DNA from: Eledone cirrhosa
Lineage: Eukaryota
Direction of reading: 5' to 3'
DNA length: 64,000 bases
Assembly (NCBI GenBank): GCA_964016885.1
Contig: OZ024755.1
Coordinates: 21,142,001 to 21,206,000 of the forward strand
Shown: in pieces, positions 40,936 to 55,195 of the stretch
Layout: the number at the start of each line of letters is the position of its first letter
How positions within the stretch are numbered: the stretch's first letter is position 1
The notes under the pieces: model-generated
What the model was told of the DNA's origin: nothing
The model's database searches: none
The model's input: the letters and a program-made list of their open reading frames with translations, nothing else
Program-made: the position numbers and the translations under genes

Positions 40936-41314
40936 TGAGAGAGAAATCCATCTCCAAAGCCAACATACCCACAGTCACACCTCTACCCCAGAAACACACA
41001 GCTCCAAAGCCAACATACCCACAATCAGACCTCTACCTCAGAAACACACAGCTCTAAAGCCACCTTACCCAATTCATACCTCTACCCCAGAAACACACAG
41101 CTCTAAAGTCACCTTACCCACAGCCATACCTCTACCCTATTGTTTGATTCTGTTTATAGAAACGAAACAATTTACTATGTTAATTATAGCTAAGACGAGA
41201 TAAGATGTGATTTAGAAGAATCGGGATATTCTAGATTACAGACACATTCAATTATCTCCTGTATTGAAAGAAAGGTTACTAAATCTATGATGATACTGGT
41301 GATATGCATATGCC

Positions 41315-41345
<31 letters not shown>

Positions 41346-42644
41346 CACACACCACACACCACACATATACATGGTCATGAACACATTTACCACTATTTTA
41401 CTGTGAAGGCAGGTGTATTAGTGGTTAGAGTGTTTGGCACATCCAGTAGTCTATATTCTTGACTTTCACCCATGTAGTCCTGCTTCTCTTCCCGTAATAG
41501 GGATTTCTGGCTTGCTAACTATGTCACAATCACCTTTGCCTTCTTTCACCTCTCATCTCCAAATTTGTGACTTGCTGGTTATATCACAATAATTATTTAC
41601 AAAACTTTCACAGTTCACAGTAATGAGCTGTTATTAGTTGCATGGTTCTTCTTTACTGTTAAATGGAGCTGAGCTAACATTAATGAAATGTGCTGAAAAT
41701 CAGGATGTGTGCAATGGAAGCATCGCTCTACAAGCAATAGCTTGTCTTCCCCCAGTTTAGATGACAGGGACTTGGACATTAGAAACATCTCTCAACAACT
41801 ACTACCCTGTCTACCCCAAGTTTAGATGACAGGGACTTGGGCAATGGAAGCATCTCTCAACAACCACTCCCCTAGCTACCCCCAGTTTAGACAACAGGAA
41901 TGTGGGTAATGGAAGCACCTCTCAACAACTAATACACAGTCTATCCTCAGTTTAGATGACAGTGGTTTGGGTAATGGAAGCACCTCTCAACAACTAATAC
42001 CCTGCCTACCCTGTTTATCCTCAGTTTAGATAGATATTTACATAAGATTATTTATTAACTAATATAACCAACAGACTGTATGTCAGTCTATTAGCTCTAA
42101 GTTGCTGTGACTGTTACTAATTTAATGTTTTATTGTTACACAATTCTTTATATTTCACCTCTTAATTAGGCTCTAAACCTGCTCGAGGCTTTATCACTTT
42201 TCTTGTTTTGTTTCATCATTACTGTTTGCTTTCATTACCATAATAAATCAGTAAAATCTAGCAAAACTAATTACACTGCAAACAGGACAGTACAGCAGCT
42301 TCGTCTCATTTATCATTTGTTGTTATCTAATTATTGCTTAAGTCTTCTTTTTCCTTTCATTTCATTTATCCTTTTTACACTGTCTATAACTCAAACTGAA
42401 TTGATTTCATTTTCACAATGGGCTGCCACTCATATGTAACAAATAACAGGAAAAAAATGTTAATGTTTGTTGGGATGTACACATTCACGCATTAACAGAT
42501 TTATAGATCTCTCTTTTGAAAGCTATCTTTTCCAGGGTTACTATGATATATATATACATATGTACATAAATATAGACCCATCTAAATCATGCAAGTGTGG
42601 AAAAATAGATGTTAAATTATGATGATGGTTATATATATATATAA

Positions 42645-42945
42645 TTTTACGTCCACTTTTCCTTGCTTGCAAGGGTGGAACAGGTCCTTTTCAGCACAGG
42701 ATCTCTCCATTTGTCACGGTCCTTCATCTTTGTGAGTTTCAGCAATCTGACGTCAGCTCTCACCACCTCTGCCCATGTTTTTCATGGTCTTCCTCTACTG
42801 TATCTTTAATCCACTGGGATTTCTTGGCACTTCTTCACCCAACAGTCATCTTTTATGCACATCACGTGGCCTTACCAACGCAGTCTTCTCTCCCGCACAC
42901 TACAGTTTATCCCTCTTATACAGTTTCATTCTCAACTCGTCTATG
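42645..42945 (-). mobile_element. Second RTE 3' end abutting the long element
   Basis: Diverged duplicate of about 42960-43205. Confidence 0.75.
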
Positions 42946-42947
42946 CT

Positions 42948-45900
42948 TCATCATCATCATTTTACGTCCACTTTTCCCTGCTTACAAGGGTTGGACGAGT
43001 CCTATTCAGCACTTGTCATGGTCCTTCATCATCTCCTTGGTGAGTTTCAGTGATCTGAGGTATGCTCTCACCACCTCCACCCATGTTTTTCGTGGTCTAC
43101 CTCTACTGCGTCTTCCTTCTACTGGGATCCATACCATCTCAGCCTTCTCTCCTGCACACCACAACTTATCCCTCTTATATCCAGTTTCTTTCTCAACTCG
43201 TCTATGCTTGGTCATTCACGCACATTGACATTGCACATCCAACAGAACATACTTGCTTCATTTCTCTCCAGCCATCGCATATCCTCTGCAGTTGCTGCCC
43301 ATGTCTCACTACCATGCAGTATCGCGCATCTCACACAGGCATCATATAACTGTCCTTTCGTACGCAGGGAGAAGCCCTTCTTTGTCAAGAGGAAGCAGCT
43401 CCCTAAACTTCTTCCAACCCATCCTTATTCTAGATACTATGACCTCGGAACACCCCACATCTCTCCCATGCTAATCTGATCACCTAAGTACCAGAAGCTA
43501 TCAACCACTTCTATTGAACCCATCTGCATTGGAAAAATGTGTCTATCACTGCGATTACTACTGCCACCTTTCCCTGTACAACTACTGCATACGTAGTTTT
43601 CCCTACCTGTTAGTTTGCCTGCTATCCCACTACATCTCTTGTGTACCCAAGATCTGCATTGCGTACATTTTATGGAATTTATGCCAGTTCCTTTCCTACA
43701 TACCGAACAGGACCATTTCCCTGATGGAATCAAAGTATTGTCCTTTCTTCTACTTATCAACACTTTTGTTTTAGCTATGTTCACTCTCAGGCCTCTTGAT
43801 TCCAACTGCTGTTTCCATAGCCAGGATTTATTCTCTAGCTCCTCTACTGATTCTGCTATAAGAACCAGATCATCAGCATAGAGAAGTTCCCATGGGCATC
43901 CAGTCTTAAACTCCTCTGTTATGGCTTGGAGGACTATAATGAACAAGAGCGGGCTGAGGACCGAACCCTGATGTACACCTACTTGTATCTGGAATTCCTC
44001 ACTAAACTCCATTCCTATTATCACTTTACTGACAGCACCCCTGTACATAGTTTGCACTGTCCTCACAAGCCATTCCTCTACACCTAGTTTCTTTAGGGAC
44101 CACCAGATGACAGATCTGGGTACCCTATCAAAGGCCTTCTCTAGGTCAACAAAAGCTAAGTATAGTGGCTTATTCTTCTCTAAGAACCTCTCTTGTAGTT
44201 GCCTCACTAAGAAGAGGGCATCTGTTGTACTTTTCCGAGGCACAAAACCAAACTGCATCTCATCTAATTTGACCCTTTCTCTAATCAGTTGCCCTAATAT
44301 TCTCTCTGCCACTTTCATAACCTGATCCATCAGCTTTATGCCCCTATAATTGCTGCTCTCTAGAGCACCCCCTTTACCTTTGTAGCAATTTATGAGAATA
44401 CTGCTGCACCAGTCTTTGCAACTAGTTTAGTGCCTACTTCTGAAGCCTTCAGCATCTCATCAGCTATCCCCAACGGTTCAGCAGCCTTACTATTCTTCAT
44501 TTCCTTAATTGCCTCTTGTACCCTATATTCATCAATCTCAATAGCTGGTCCCTCTGTCGGGTCTACTGGGGGTAATTCCTCTCTGTCCCATTCATTCTCT
44601 ACATTCATCAGTCTCTCATAATGACATTTTCAGGTCTCCTTTTTCTGATCATTCATGACACTAAGTACACCAGCATCATTCCGGACACACTTATCTCCAA
44701 CAACATCCTGATTTGCACTGACACACTGCCTTGCAATGCGGAACACCGCACGTCTCTGATCTTCCCTTCGTAGAACATTGGCAAACCTCCTACTCTCAGC
44801 CTCCCTGTGTGCTAAGTACACCTGACGTCTAGCTTCTCTCTTTGCGGCTGTGTATCCTTCTCTACTCCCACCATTTTTCCAAGCTTTCCATACCAGTCTT
44901 TTATCTCTAATGGCTCTATCTACCATGCTGTTCCACACATCTCAGTAGCCTGCAGTAAGTTGTCATGCAAGAAATTCCAGTTATTATCTATGTCATACAA
45001 CTCTAAATCGTCTTCTTTTTCGCCGTACACATCTTGAAGGGCTTTGCTAAATTTATATTTTAATGAAAGGTCTTTTAGCTTCCAGACCTTTCTTTTCCAC
45101 ACCTTCTTGTATGTCTCATTCTTTCCCTTGCTTACTGAGATGTCACTAATGACTACCCTATGCTGTGGGGTACATTCTTCCCCAGGGTATGCCTTAGTAT
45201 TTGACACCATCTGTCTGTCTCTCTGTCTAACTAGCAGGAAGTCAATCTGGCTTATGTGCTCGCCTGATTTGTAGGTTATTAGGTGGTTGGTAGGCTTCTG
45301 GAAGTTAGTGTTGCAAATGGTTAGTGCATTTGCATCACAAAATTCAAGAAGCCTCACTCCTTCATTTCTTGAACTGTAACCGTGCCCACCATGTACCCCA
45401 GTGTATCCATCCTGGAGCTGTCCAACATGTTCATTGAAGTCCCTTGCTAACATAACGATGTCTCTGTCTTCTGTCAAAAGTTGCTTGTAAAAGCAGTCTT
45501 TCCCTTCTTTACCTAGGCATGCCTGGGGAGCATAGGCAGAGATGATTGTCAGTAGTCTTGTGCCTACAACTAACCTAAGCTTAATTATTCTATTACTAAC
45601 TCTAACTACCTCTATTGTCTTATTGATCCATCTCTCAGCCAGTAATATGCCCACCCCACCTAACACATCATCATTACCCACCCATAAAAGCTTATAACTA
45701 CGATGTTTGCCTGCGATTAGTCTTGCAGAGGCATTTTTCCATCTCACCTCTTGCACACAGCACACATCCACATGCCTTCTCTCCAGCATCTCCGCTATCT
45801 CACCAGATCTACCTGTTAGAGTGCCAACATTAAGTGTGGCAACTCTGAGATGCAACGTCTTGTTCTTTTTCCTGTTGTGCGATTGCTTGATGACGGTCGT

Positions 45901-45990
45901 GGGGGGTCTCGCACATGGCCTCACTAGCTACACCACTACCGTGCACAGCCTTAACATGGTTAGTGTTATTGCTGTTTACGCAGTTGTTTT
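42948..45990 (-). mobile_element. Near full-length RTE-clade LINE with frameshifts (AP endonuclease, RT, PHD-like finger)
   Basis: ORF 44920-45924 (ATLNVGTL, CCVQEVRW, ISAYAPQ, DFN, QIDFLL); ORF 43437-44330 (LLYADD, CSVC..CTQC..H..C..CSSC); GRRSRGRPRKTW; (GAT)n tail. Confidence 0.97.
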
Positions 45991-46009
45991 TGTGCGATTG
46001 CTTGATGTA

Positions 46010-46074
<65 letters not shown>

Positions 46075-47103
46075 CCCATCTAACCCAAGCAAGTGAAGAA
46101 ACAATGATGATGATGATGATGGTATATATATATATATAACATATATACACAGTATAGGGATTATTGAGCATGCATAAATGTCTATATAAATCAACACAGT
46201 GAATATAAAGACATGTAAGCATGGTAAATACACATATTTCCCTATGAATTCTAAATTAGTTTGTCCACTTCAGAAATACTGATATAAGTGATAATGTATA
46301 TAATAAACCCTTCAGTTATGTATTTCATAGGATACTGCTATAAGTGATAGCGTCATCATCTCATCATCATCATCATCATTGTTTAATGTCCATTTTTCCA
46401 CGATAATAATCATCAGTGCAGTCGACATTTTTGTATCCGCTTTTCCATGCTAGCATGGGTGGATTTGATTGCTTTTAATAATGAAGGACTCAGGACAGAA
46501 TATTTAACATCCACTCTATAATCTAGGATAGAAAAGATTTGTGCTCAGACATTTGTAATGTGTACATATATTTCTGCAAATATCTATTTTAGTTTGTTTA
46601 TTCCTGGTTCAATATAATCATCTCCGGTGGCTTAACTATAATAGTCATAGCAGTGAATATGCCTCCCACACCAATTTGTGCGAGCACAAAGACAGATTAA
46701 AAAACTAATAAAATAAAATAAAATAAAAAGAACATTTAAACAAATAAGCCTGGTCATTAAGACAAACATTTAGAATTTAAGAAGTATAAAGGAAAAAGTG
46801 CAAAAATGCCAATTTAAATGACGATGAAAAAAAATGGCAAGTCTGCCAATAAAAGCAATTTATCTTTTGCTGACATTGCAAGCCAAAAAGATGTGCGGGG
46901 TGTTAATCAGCTTTAGGCTAAAGAAAAAGTGAGGATGATGTCTTCTTGCCTGATGAATTTACTTAAGAAAAGCACTGAAGAAAGTGACATGCCTTTTTTT
47001 TTTTTTACACTATATGCAAATGAGCATCCCTAGCTGATGTTTCACATATAAAAATTAACATATAAGCTTTAGCTTATTCCTGTCTCAGTACTGTCTCAGT
47101 AAG

Positions 47104-47146
47104 CGTCACTGATGACAGATAAAAATCCAGAAATACATGTCTAACG
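47104..47146 (+). ncRNA. Decayed type I hammerhead-like motif
   Basis: CGTCA-CTGATGA-CAGAT(AAAA)ATCCA-GAAA-T(ACAT)G-TC-TAACG; both helix II mismatches are explained by CG>CA changes. Confidence 0.6.
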
Positions 47147-50100
47147 TTCCCACCAGTTACTCATATAACTGTGACATGATCACAGCTGAAAATATTCATA
47201 GTAAGACTCTTGTATGTTTATCGTACATAAATGTATTGTATATGCCTTCATATACATACCTGTTATTAATTGTATATAGTACTCCTTATTGTTGACAGCA
47301 GTTAAATACACTAACCCATGGTCCCTATTTACAACTAAATGATCACTATGCAGGAGAACACATGCGAGTCATGACCTTGGTGGGCCTGTTAGAAGGAATC
47401 AAGGACCAAAATACTTGGTAAATGGGAGTTCTTCTGAAGACTCTCCAGCTGTTCACTTGCCCTGTCACAAGTATCTGTATACTAGTAACGAGATATTAAC
47501 TCTTGACTCCTTCGTTAAACATATCTTACTTCTTCTTATGTGGCTAACCTTGCTTTATTTTTTCTGAGATTTTGGGGGAGTGGGGGGTTTATAAGTATTT
47601 TATGGCCTTAAATCAAGAGTTAGCCTTGTAGAAGCCATAATAGGCTTTATAGTCATCATGGGGTATTTTTAAGAGGCGATATTTTACAGCTGGATGTTCT
47701 TCCTTATGCCAACCATTTTATGACACACAGGATACATACAGTTTGTTTTTTTATCTTTTTTATCTAGAAAAAATTTACAAATTAACAAATATGAAAATTA
47801 TTAATAAAGGTTGTGTTGGTGACAACAAAAAGTGCCCAGTTCACACTGTAAAGTGGTTGTATAGGTGTCACAACAAAAAGCGCCCAGCCTACACTGTAAA
47901 TATGGTTGGCATTAGGAAGAGCATCCAGTCGTAGAAACCAAGCCAAAATCAGTTCTGTATGAGCAAGACATGGTCATCTGACCTGGCTTGTCTCATAACA
48001 GGACAATTCATTTAAGCTATGATAGTGTGGAAAATGGACATTAAATAGAGATAATGATGCTAACCCATGCTAGCGTGGAAAATGGACGTTAAACGAAGAT
48101 GATGATGATGATGATGAAATGTTAAGCTGAATAAAATGTTAAATTTAATAAACAGTCTGTGTTTCAGTCACTACTACAACCAGCACCAACAAATTTTCTA
48201 TAATTATCTCATTATTAATTGCACTTTTTCAACTCAATCTGTTGTAACTTCTTCTTTATATATGTTTGGTCTGTTGATTATGTATCTATCTGGTTAAATC
48301 TCAATCCACTTCTGTCTCTTTCTCTCCCTCCTTCCCTCTCTCTCTCTATTTCTCTCAATTAGCCACTGTTTTCTCTTATCAAATACAAGTGTCATTTGAG
48401 GTGGTGGGGTGGATTAACAGAATTGTTAGAACATATTTGTTCCAGCTCTTTACATTCTGAGTTCAAATCCTGCCAAGGTCAACTTCGTCTTTTATTTTTC
48501 TGAAGATGGAGAGGAGTCAATAAAATAAAGTAGCAGTCAAGTACTAGGATCCATTTAGTCAACTTTCATGCCCTTCCCTCTACACAAATTGCTGGCCTTG
48601 TGTCTAAATTAGAACCTATTAATTACATGTGTTGATAAATATTCTGATCTCTACAGTTTATGTTGCAGAGTAGTCATTTGTTGATTTCTAATTACCAAAT
48701 CCTGGAGGTCAACACTCATTTGGTACACTGACCCTCCACTGCTGCTATTTTAAAGCTTTTCTCTACAAATCCAGAAAATAAACAGACAAAAGATTTTGTT
48801 GTACCTCACTAAGAAGTTAATTAAACCAGGAAATTAATTATACCAAGTAGAAACTTAATTAAAACAAATGTCTTTCTAACCACTAACTAATCCTCACTAT
48901 GAAGTTATATTTGACAAAAACAACATCTGATTGACTGGCAGCTAAAATATAACTTCCATTTCCTTGTAAGAATTTGATTGAATGCTGTATGTTTTGCAGG
49001 CATTTAGCCTCCTTTATAACCAAACTGGTTAAAATCAACTCTGGTTTAAGCAGAAATTTAACCCCTTTTATTACCAACCTGGTTAAAACCAACTCAAACT
49101 GGTCAAAACCAGTTTTGGTTTAGCAGGCTTTTAATCCCTTTGATTACCAGCCTGGTGAAATCCAGCTCTAGATTAGCAGATATTTAACTCCATTTTATAC
49201 CAAACTGGTCAAAGTTAGCTCTAGTTGAGCAGGCTTTTAACTGCTTTGATTACCAACCTGGTCAAAACCAGCTCTGGTTTAGCAGAAATTTAACCCCTTT
49301 TCATACCAACTTGATCAAAACTGGCTCTGGTTCTATGAAACACAACCATTCTTATCATCGTCATGATCATTCCATTTTAAAGGGTTCCTATTTAAATTAA
49401 CATCTTCCAACGTAGTTTGATTATAAAAACAATTTGAGTTATGTTACAAATACCATCTTAGTAATGAAATGATTAATAATTTTAGTAAATCCCTCTTAAT
49501 TCTTCATTAATTAATTGAAATACAGTGTGTGTCATTAGAAATATGGCAACATCATCGTCACATCATCATCAATATATCATTTGCCTGATGATGATGATAC
49601 TTAATCATTTCAGTAAATCCCTCTAAATTCTTCATTAATTAATTGAAATACAGTGTATGTCCATTGGAAATATGGTAATGAAAGGGTTAAATTAACCTAG
49701 CATCTGTGGTTTGATTCTCATAATTTTTCACCAATATTATAGCTGAATGGAGTTATCTACAACCAGAATGTCTGCTCGGCAACTATCAAGAAAGCAAAGA
49801 ATGCTTTTGGAAATGTCATAGCCTGTAAACCTTTTAAATTGCATTTAGACTTTCTGGTTTCTTGCTAAGAGGGCCTCTTATAAATTTACAGAATCTCCCT
49901 TTCTTCATAATTCTTCAATGAAGATGCCACTTCTGATAAAGACTCCACATTTGCCAACTAGTTCTTTTTCTTCTTTTTCTACATCACACGAGTGCACATA
50001 CACAATGAAACTCTTCTTCTGTCCATATATCTCACTACCCCATACAGACAGTCACAAAATGTGAAAACTGTGGCCACTAATATCCTAAACTGAATTAGCA

Positions 50101-50370
50101 AATAATGTTTTTAAATGAGTTTGTGAATTCTTCAAATGTTTATATTATCTTTACTAGTGGACAGATTGTTGTGGAAGTTTGCAATATTAGAGAAAAGACT
50201 TCACATTTTTAATGTATTGTACCTTTCAAGAATGTCTTGCTAATTTAGTTTCATATAGTTTAGAGTTAATCCAATATGGCAACCTGTCTGCTGGTGTTCG
50301 TTTTCATTACTGTTAAACATTATACTTCAGAGCTAGCTCCTTTCTTCATCAAATTTTTCTTCCTCTACAG

Positions 50371-50415
50371 GAAAGTTACTGAAACCTGTAATAGTGTGTT
50401 TCATTCACTCACCAG
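50371..50415 (+). CDS. Candidate 45-nt internal exon of an unidentified host gene
   Basis: Very strong acceptor tttttcttcctctacag, donor CAG|gtaatc, length a multiple of 3; reads KVTETCNSVFHSLT (phase 2) or KLLKPVIVCFIHSP (phase 1). Confidence 0.45.
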
Positions 50416-51510
50416 GTAATCTCTATCACCCTGCCAACTTCTACCATATTGCTCACATTCCAGGCAATCTCTACCACGTGTCAGCTACCACCATATTGCT
50501 CACACACCAAGCAATCTCTATCACCAGTCAACTACTACCACATCTATCACACACCAAGCAATCTCTATTGCCAGTCAACTACTACCACATCTATCACACA
50601 CTAAGCAATCTCTATCACCAGTCAACTACTACCGCATCTATCACACACCAAGCAATCTCTATCACCTGTCAACTACTACCACATCTATCACACACCAAGC
50701 AATCTCTATCACCTGTCAACTATACCACATCTATCACACACCAAGCAATCTCTATCATCCTATCAACTACTACCACATCTATCACACACCAAGCAATCTC
50801 TATCATCCTATCAACTACTACCACAACTATCACACACCAAGCAATTTCTATCACCCAGTCAACTACTACCACATCTATCACACACCAAGCAATCTCTATC
50901 ATCCTATCAACTACTACCACAACTATCACACACTAAGCAATCTCTATCACCAGTCAACTACTACCACATCTACCACACACCAAGCAATCTCTATCACCAG
51001 TCAACTACTACCACATCTATCACACACCAAGCAATCTCTATCACCTGTCAACTACTACCACATCTATCACACACTAAGCAATCTCTATCACCCAGTCAAC
51101 TACTACCACATCTATCACACACTAAGCAATCTCTATCACTTTGTCAACTACTACCACATCTATCACACACCAAGCAATCTCTATCACTTTGTCAACTACT
51201 ACCACATCTATCACACACCTAGCAATCTCTATCACCTGTCAACTACTACCACATCTATCACACACCTAGCAATCTCTATCACCTGTCAACTACTACCACA
51301 TCTATCACACACCAAGCAATCTCTATCACCTGTCAACTACTACCACATCTATCACACACTAAGCAATCTCTATCATCCTATCAACTACTACCACATCTAT
51401 CACACACCAAGCAATCTCTATCACCTGTCAACTACTACCACATCTATCACACACTAAGCAATCTCTTTGTTCACATACCAGGCAATCTCTATCACTTTGT
51501 CAACTACTAC
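50408..51510. repeat. About 47 bp minisatellite, about 22 copies
   Basis: Unit cacaccaagcaatctctatcaccagtcaactactaccacatctatca. Confidence 0.95.
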
Positions 51511-52220
51511 GATATTGCTGTCACTTCAAACACCTTTAACCCTTTTGATATCAAACCACCTGAATGGGGGTGGTGGTGATGTGATGATGATGATGGTGGT
51601 GGTGGGGATGATGATGGTGGTTGTGGTGATGATGATGATGATGGTGGTGATGTTGATGGTAGTTGTGGTGGTGATGGTGATGATGACGATGATGGTGGTG
51701 ATGGTGATGTTGATGGTGGTTGTGGTGATGGTGGTGATGATGGTGATAACCATGAAACAGTTGGATAGGAGAGCGAGTGCATGCCAATTCATTAATTCAT
51801 TGAACATGTAACTGTAAGTTATTGATTGATTGGTAGAAAAGATGTATGAATTATTGATGAATTAGGGATGAGTTGCAAGTTTTAGGGGACTGCTGGTTGA
51901 ACCTAATTTCTGTAGGATGTTGGTTATACACATTTTTGTAAATGTCACCTGGGAGGTATCTGACATAATAAGATACCACAGCTTATTATATCAACCTGTG
52001 TGAGTAGAAGTTAATTAGATAAGAGAAGAACATACATCATTTTCATTGTTTTCTTCCCTCCCTCCCACCCCTATAGCAGGATTTCAAACTTAGCATTATA
52101 TCTTACTGAAAAATACTTTTTAGTAATATAATGTCTTTGTTGCTTACAGCAATAAGCTGTTCCCTCACCCTTCACATATCACATATATACAGCTAAAGTC
52201 TTGTGTTGGTATATATATAT

Positions 52221-52560
52221 CATCATTTCATTTTACGTCCGCTTTTCCCTGCTTGCAAGGGTGGGACGGGAACTGATTCTGGCTTGATTTCTACAGCTGG
52301 ATGCCCTTCCTAACACCAACCTCATTTACAGTGAGTGCTGGGTGCTTTTTTTTTTTTTCCGTGGCACCTCCACGACCACTTTGCAGTGGAATGATAGGGA
52401 CCCCAGTCCCTATCATCTCATTTCTACAGCTGAGTAAACTGGAGCAATGTGAAATAAAGTGTCTTGCTCAAGGAAACAACACATCACCCGGTCTGAGAAT
52501 TGAACTCACAACCTTTCGATTGCAAGGCCAATGCTCTAACCACTAAGCCATGTGCCTCCA
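52221..52560 (-). mobile_element. Full-length tRNA-CORE SINE with RTE-derived tail
   Basis: A/B-box head, CORE-like ccttgagcaagacactttatttcacattgctccag, internal hairpin atgatagggac/gtccctatcat, tail shared with the RTE 3' UTR. Confidence 0.9.
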
Positions 52561-52584
52561 TATATATATATATATATAATAATA

Positions 52585-52742
52585 ATAATTGTTTCTACAT
52601 TTGGCACAAGGCCAGAAATTACTAAGTACATTACTGGTACTTTATTTTATCGACCCTGTAAGGATGAAAGGCAAAGTTAATCTCGACGGGATTTGAACTG
52701 ACTGTAAAGGGACGTAACTATGCTGGAAAGCATGGCGTCCGA
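52585..52742 (-). mobile_element. Meta-domain tRNA SINE, 5' truncated
   Basis: Family consensus match. Confidence 0.8.
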
Positions 52743-53040
52743 TAATAATAATAATCAGATACACACACGCACATATATATTTTTTTCCACATGTGCGCGT
52801 GCGTGTGTGTGTGGTGTCAACCTTAACCAGTTTTGCTCGATGATTGAAAGAGCTAAAATAGTCAAAATAATTAAAATAACCCGATAATCAGAGCTAATCG
52901 ATCGTATCTGTGAGAAAAACCACAAAGCCTCCATTTCAATTCCACTTTTGAAAAGCAAAGAAACTATAAAAGGAAATAAATAAATATTCTTAAAAAGACT
53001 CCAGTTGCATTTTTGATTTCTTTTCCCTATATATATATAT

Positions 53041-53870
53041 CATCATCGTCATCATCATCATCATTTAACGTCTATCTTCCACGCTAGCATGGGTTTAGAC
53101 GGGAATTGTCCCACTTGAGGCAAGATTGGTCGGGAGAGCGTGTCTCGCTCGTATAGGATTGTCTGGCAGGCTTTTTACGGCTGGATGCCCTTCCTAACAC
53201 CAACTACGTTTACAGTGTGGACTGGGAACTTTTTACTGTGTTACCTACACAGCCACATTACAGTGTGGAGTGTGTGCTTTTTTGTCGTGACACCTACCTA
53301 TCCTCATTTATTTTGGACTGGATGTTGTGGTACCAACATAATTTTACAGAGAGAGGGTGGTGTTAGTGGGGGTGGTGTAGGAGTTTGGGGATGGGGTGTA
53401 TATTTGGTTAAGAGGTGCCTACTGACTGTAGGTTTCGCTATGTACATAGGCAAGGCGGGTCTTCTGTATTACTGCGTAGCACGAAAGATCTCGGTCCAGT
53501 GACATTGTCTTAGAGAGGTGTAAGTGTGTAAGGTCGGAATTTATCAAATCGTCCCAGGTTTTTCTGGGTCTACCTACTCCGTAACTTCCATCAATTTTGA
53601 TCGCCCTGCACTTTTTTATACAGCTGTTGTCTTTCATGTGCATCATGTGACCATACCAACGTAGTCTTCTCTCGAGTAAACGGCATCTGATCCCTCTTAT
53701 TCCTAATTTCTCACTTAGTTCATTTATGCTTTGCCATTCACGTATATTACTATTACACATCCAACGGAACATGCATGCTTCGTTCCTCTCCAGTCTGCAC
53801 ACAATGCCCGTATCTCACTGCCATGTAACATTGCTGTTCATATGCAGGCATCATACAATCTGCCTTTCAT
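53041..53870 (-). mobile_element. RTE LINE 3' fragment
   Basis: ORF 53419-53802 RRLRWYGHMMHM..GRPRKTW, then 3' UTR and (GAT)n. Confidence 0.9.
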
Positions 53871-54009
53871 TTTTATATATATATATATATATTTCCTTAT
53901 ATATATAGCCAGGGGGTGTAATGTGGAGTTACTGTAGGCTCACCCGGGTGAGCACTCGATGTTTTGGTTCACTTCTGTGTTGAGGTGTAGAGCTAGACAG
54001 AGTGTATCA

Positions 54010-54183
54010 TAGTAAAATAAAACAAGGACGAGTGGTTACTCTTTCATTACGTTTATTGGTTGGTGACATGCGTTTCGCCACTGATCAGCTCAAGGTTCGA
54101 TCTGTATCGATCATGCCCGACTCTGTAATCTACAGCTCGTCACCAGCCAAGGAGTAACCATTCGTCCTTGTTTTATTTTACTA
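54010..54183. repeat. Inverted repeat with a partial hammerhead 3' half (Penelope-like remnant)
   Basis: Arms tagtaaaataaaacaaggacgagtggttactc / gagtaaccattcgtccttgttttattttacta; minus strand has CGAAAC-GCAT-GTC followed by AATAAA. Confidence 0.55.
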
Positions 54184-54538
54184 TCATCATCATCATCATC
54201 ATCCTCGTTTAACGTCCACTTTCCACACAACAGCTAGTTCCAAACATTATGGTTTAACAAATAAAATTTTCATTTTCTCATTCTCTGTCCAGCCTCTCTG
54301 TAAATATTTCTTTGTTGGTTTTTTGGTCATCTTCTTGGAATCTTTTCTCAAAAATAAATATCAGATAGCAAACAATTTATAACATAAAGGAAATTATTTT
54401 TTTAGTTAAATAAATATCAGAAATATTATTTATCTTTCATAACTTCTCATTTATTTCAATCCAGGAAACAAATATTAGATTTCATATATTTATTTCTCAT
54501 TATAGAAATTAAAAATCCTATTAAGTCTCTCTCTATAT

Positions 54539-54851
<313 letters not shown>

Positions 54852-54910
54852 ATATATATATTCTACCCATGCTAGTGTGGAAGATGGACATTAAACGATC
54901 TCTCTCTCCC

Positions 54911-55016
<106 letters not shown>

Positions 55017-55195
55017 AAGACTAGAAACCATGCCAAAAAATTAGAACGTGAGATGTGTCACCACCCTGCCCCAGTCCATCTGGGAGGACAGTAGCTCTGT
55101 TTAAGTACTAACTTTGTCTGACACAACCTATCTAGCCCATGCCAGCATGTTAAATGATGATGAAGATGATTCTCTCCTCACCGTTGTTTTCATAC

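Noticed and set aside
40058-41203. ORFs with repeated FRGVKR, resembling a neuropeptide precursor with dibasic sites
   Set aside because: The 28/29 bp units shift frame constantly, the ORFs are short, and there is no signal peptide
51467-51811. Poly-His, poly-Thr and poly-Val/Met ORFs (also at 6469, 35038 and 37772)
   Set aside because: Degenerate (GAT/GGT)n trinucleotide tracts
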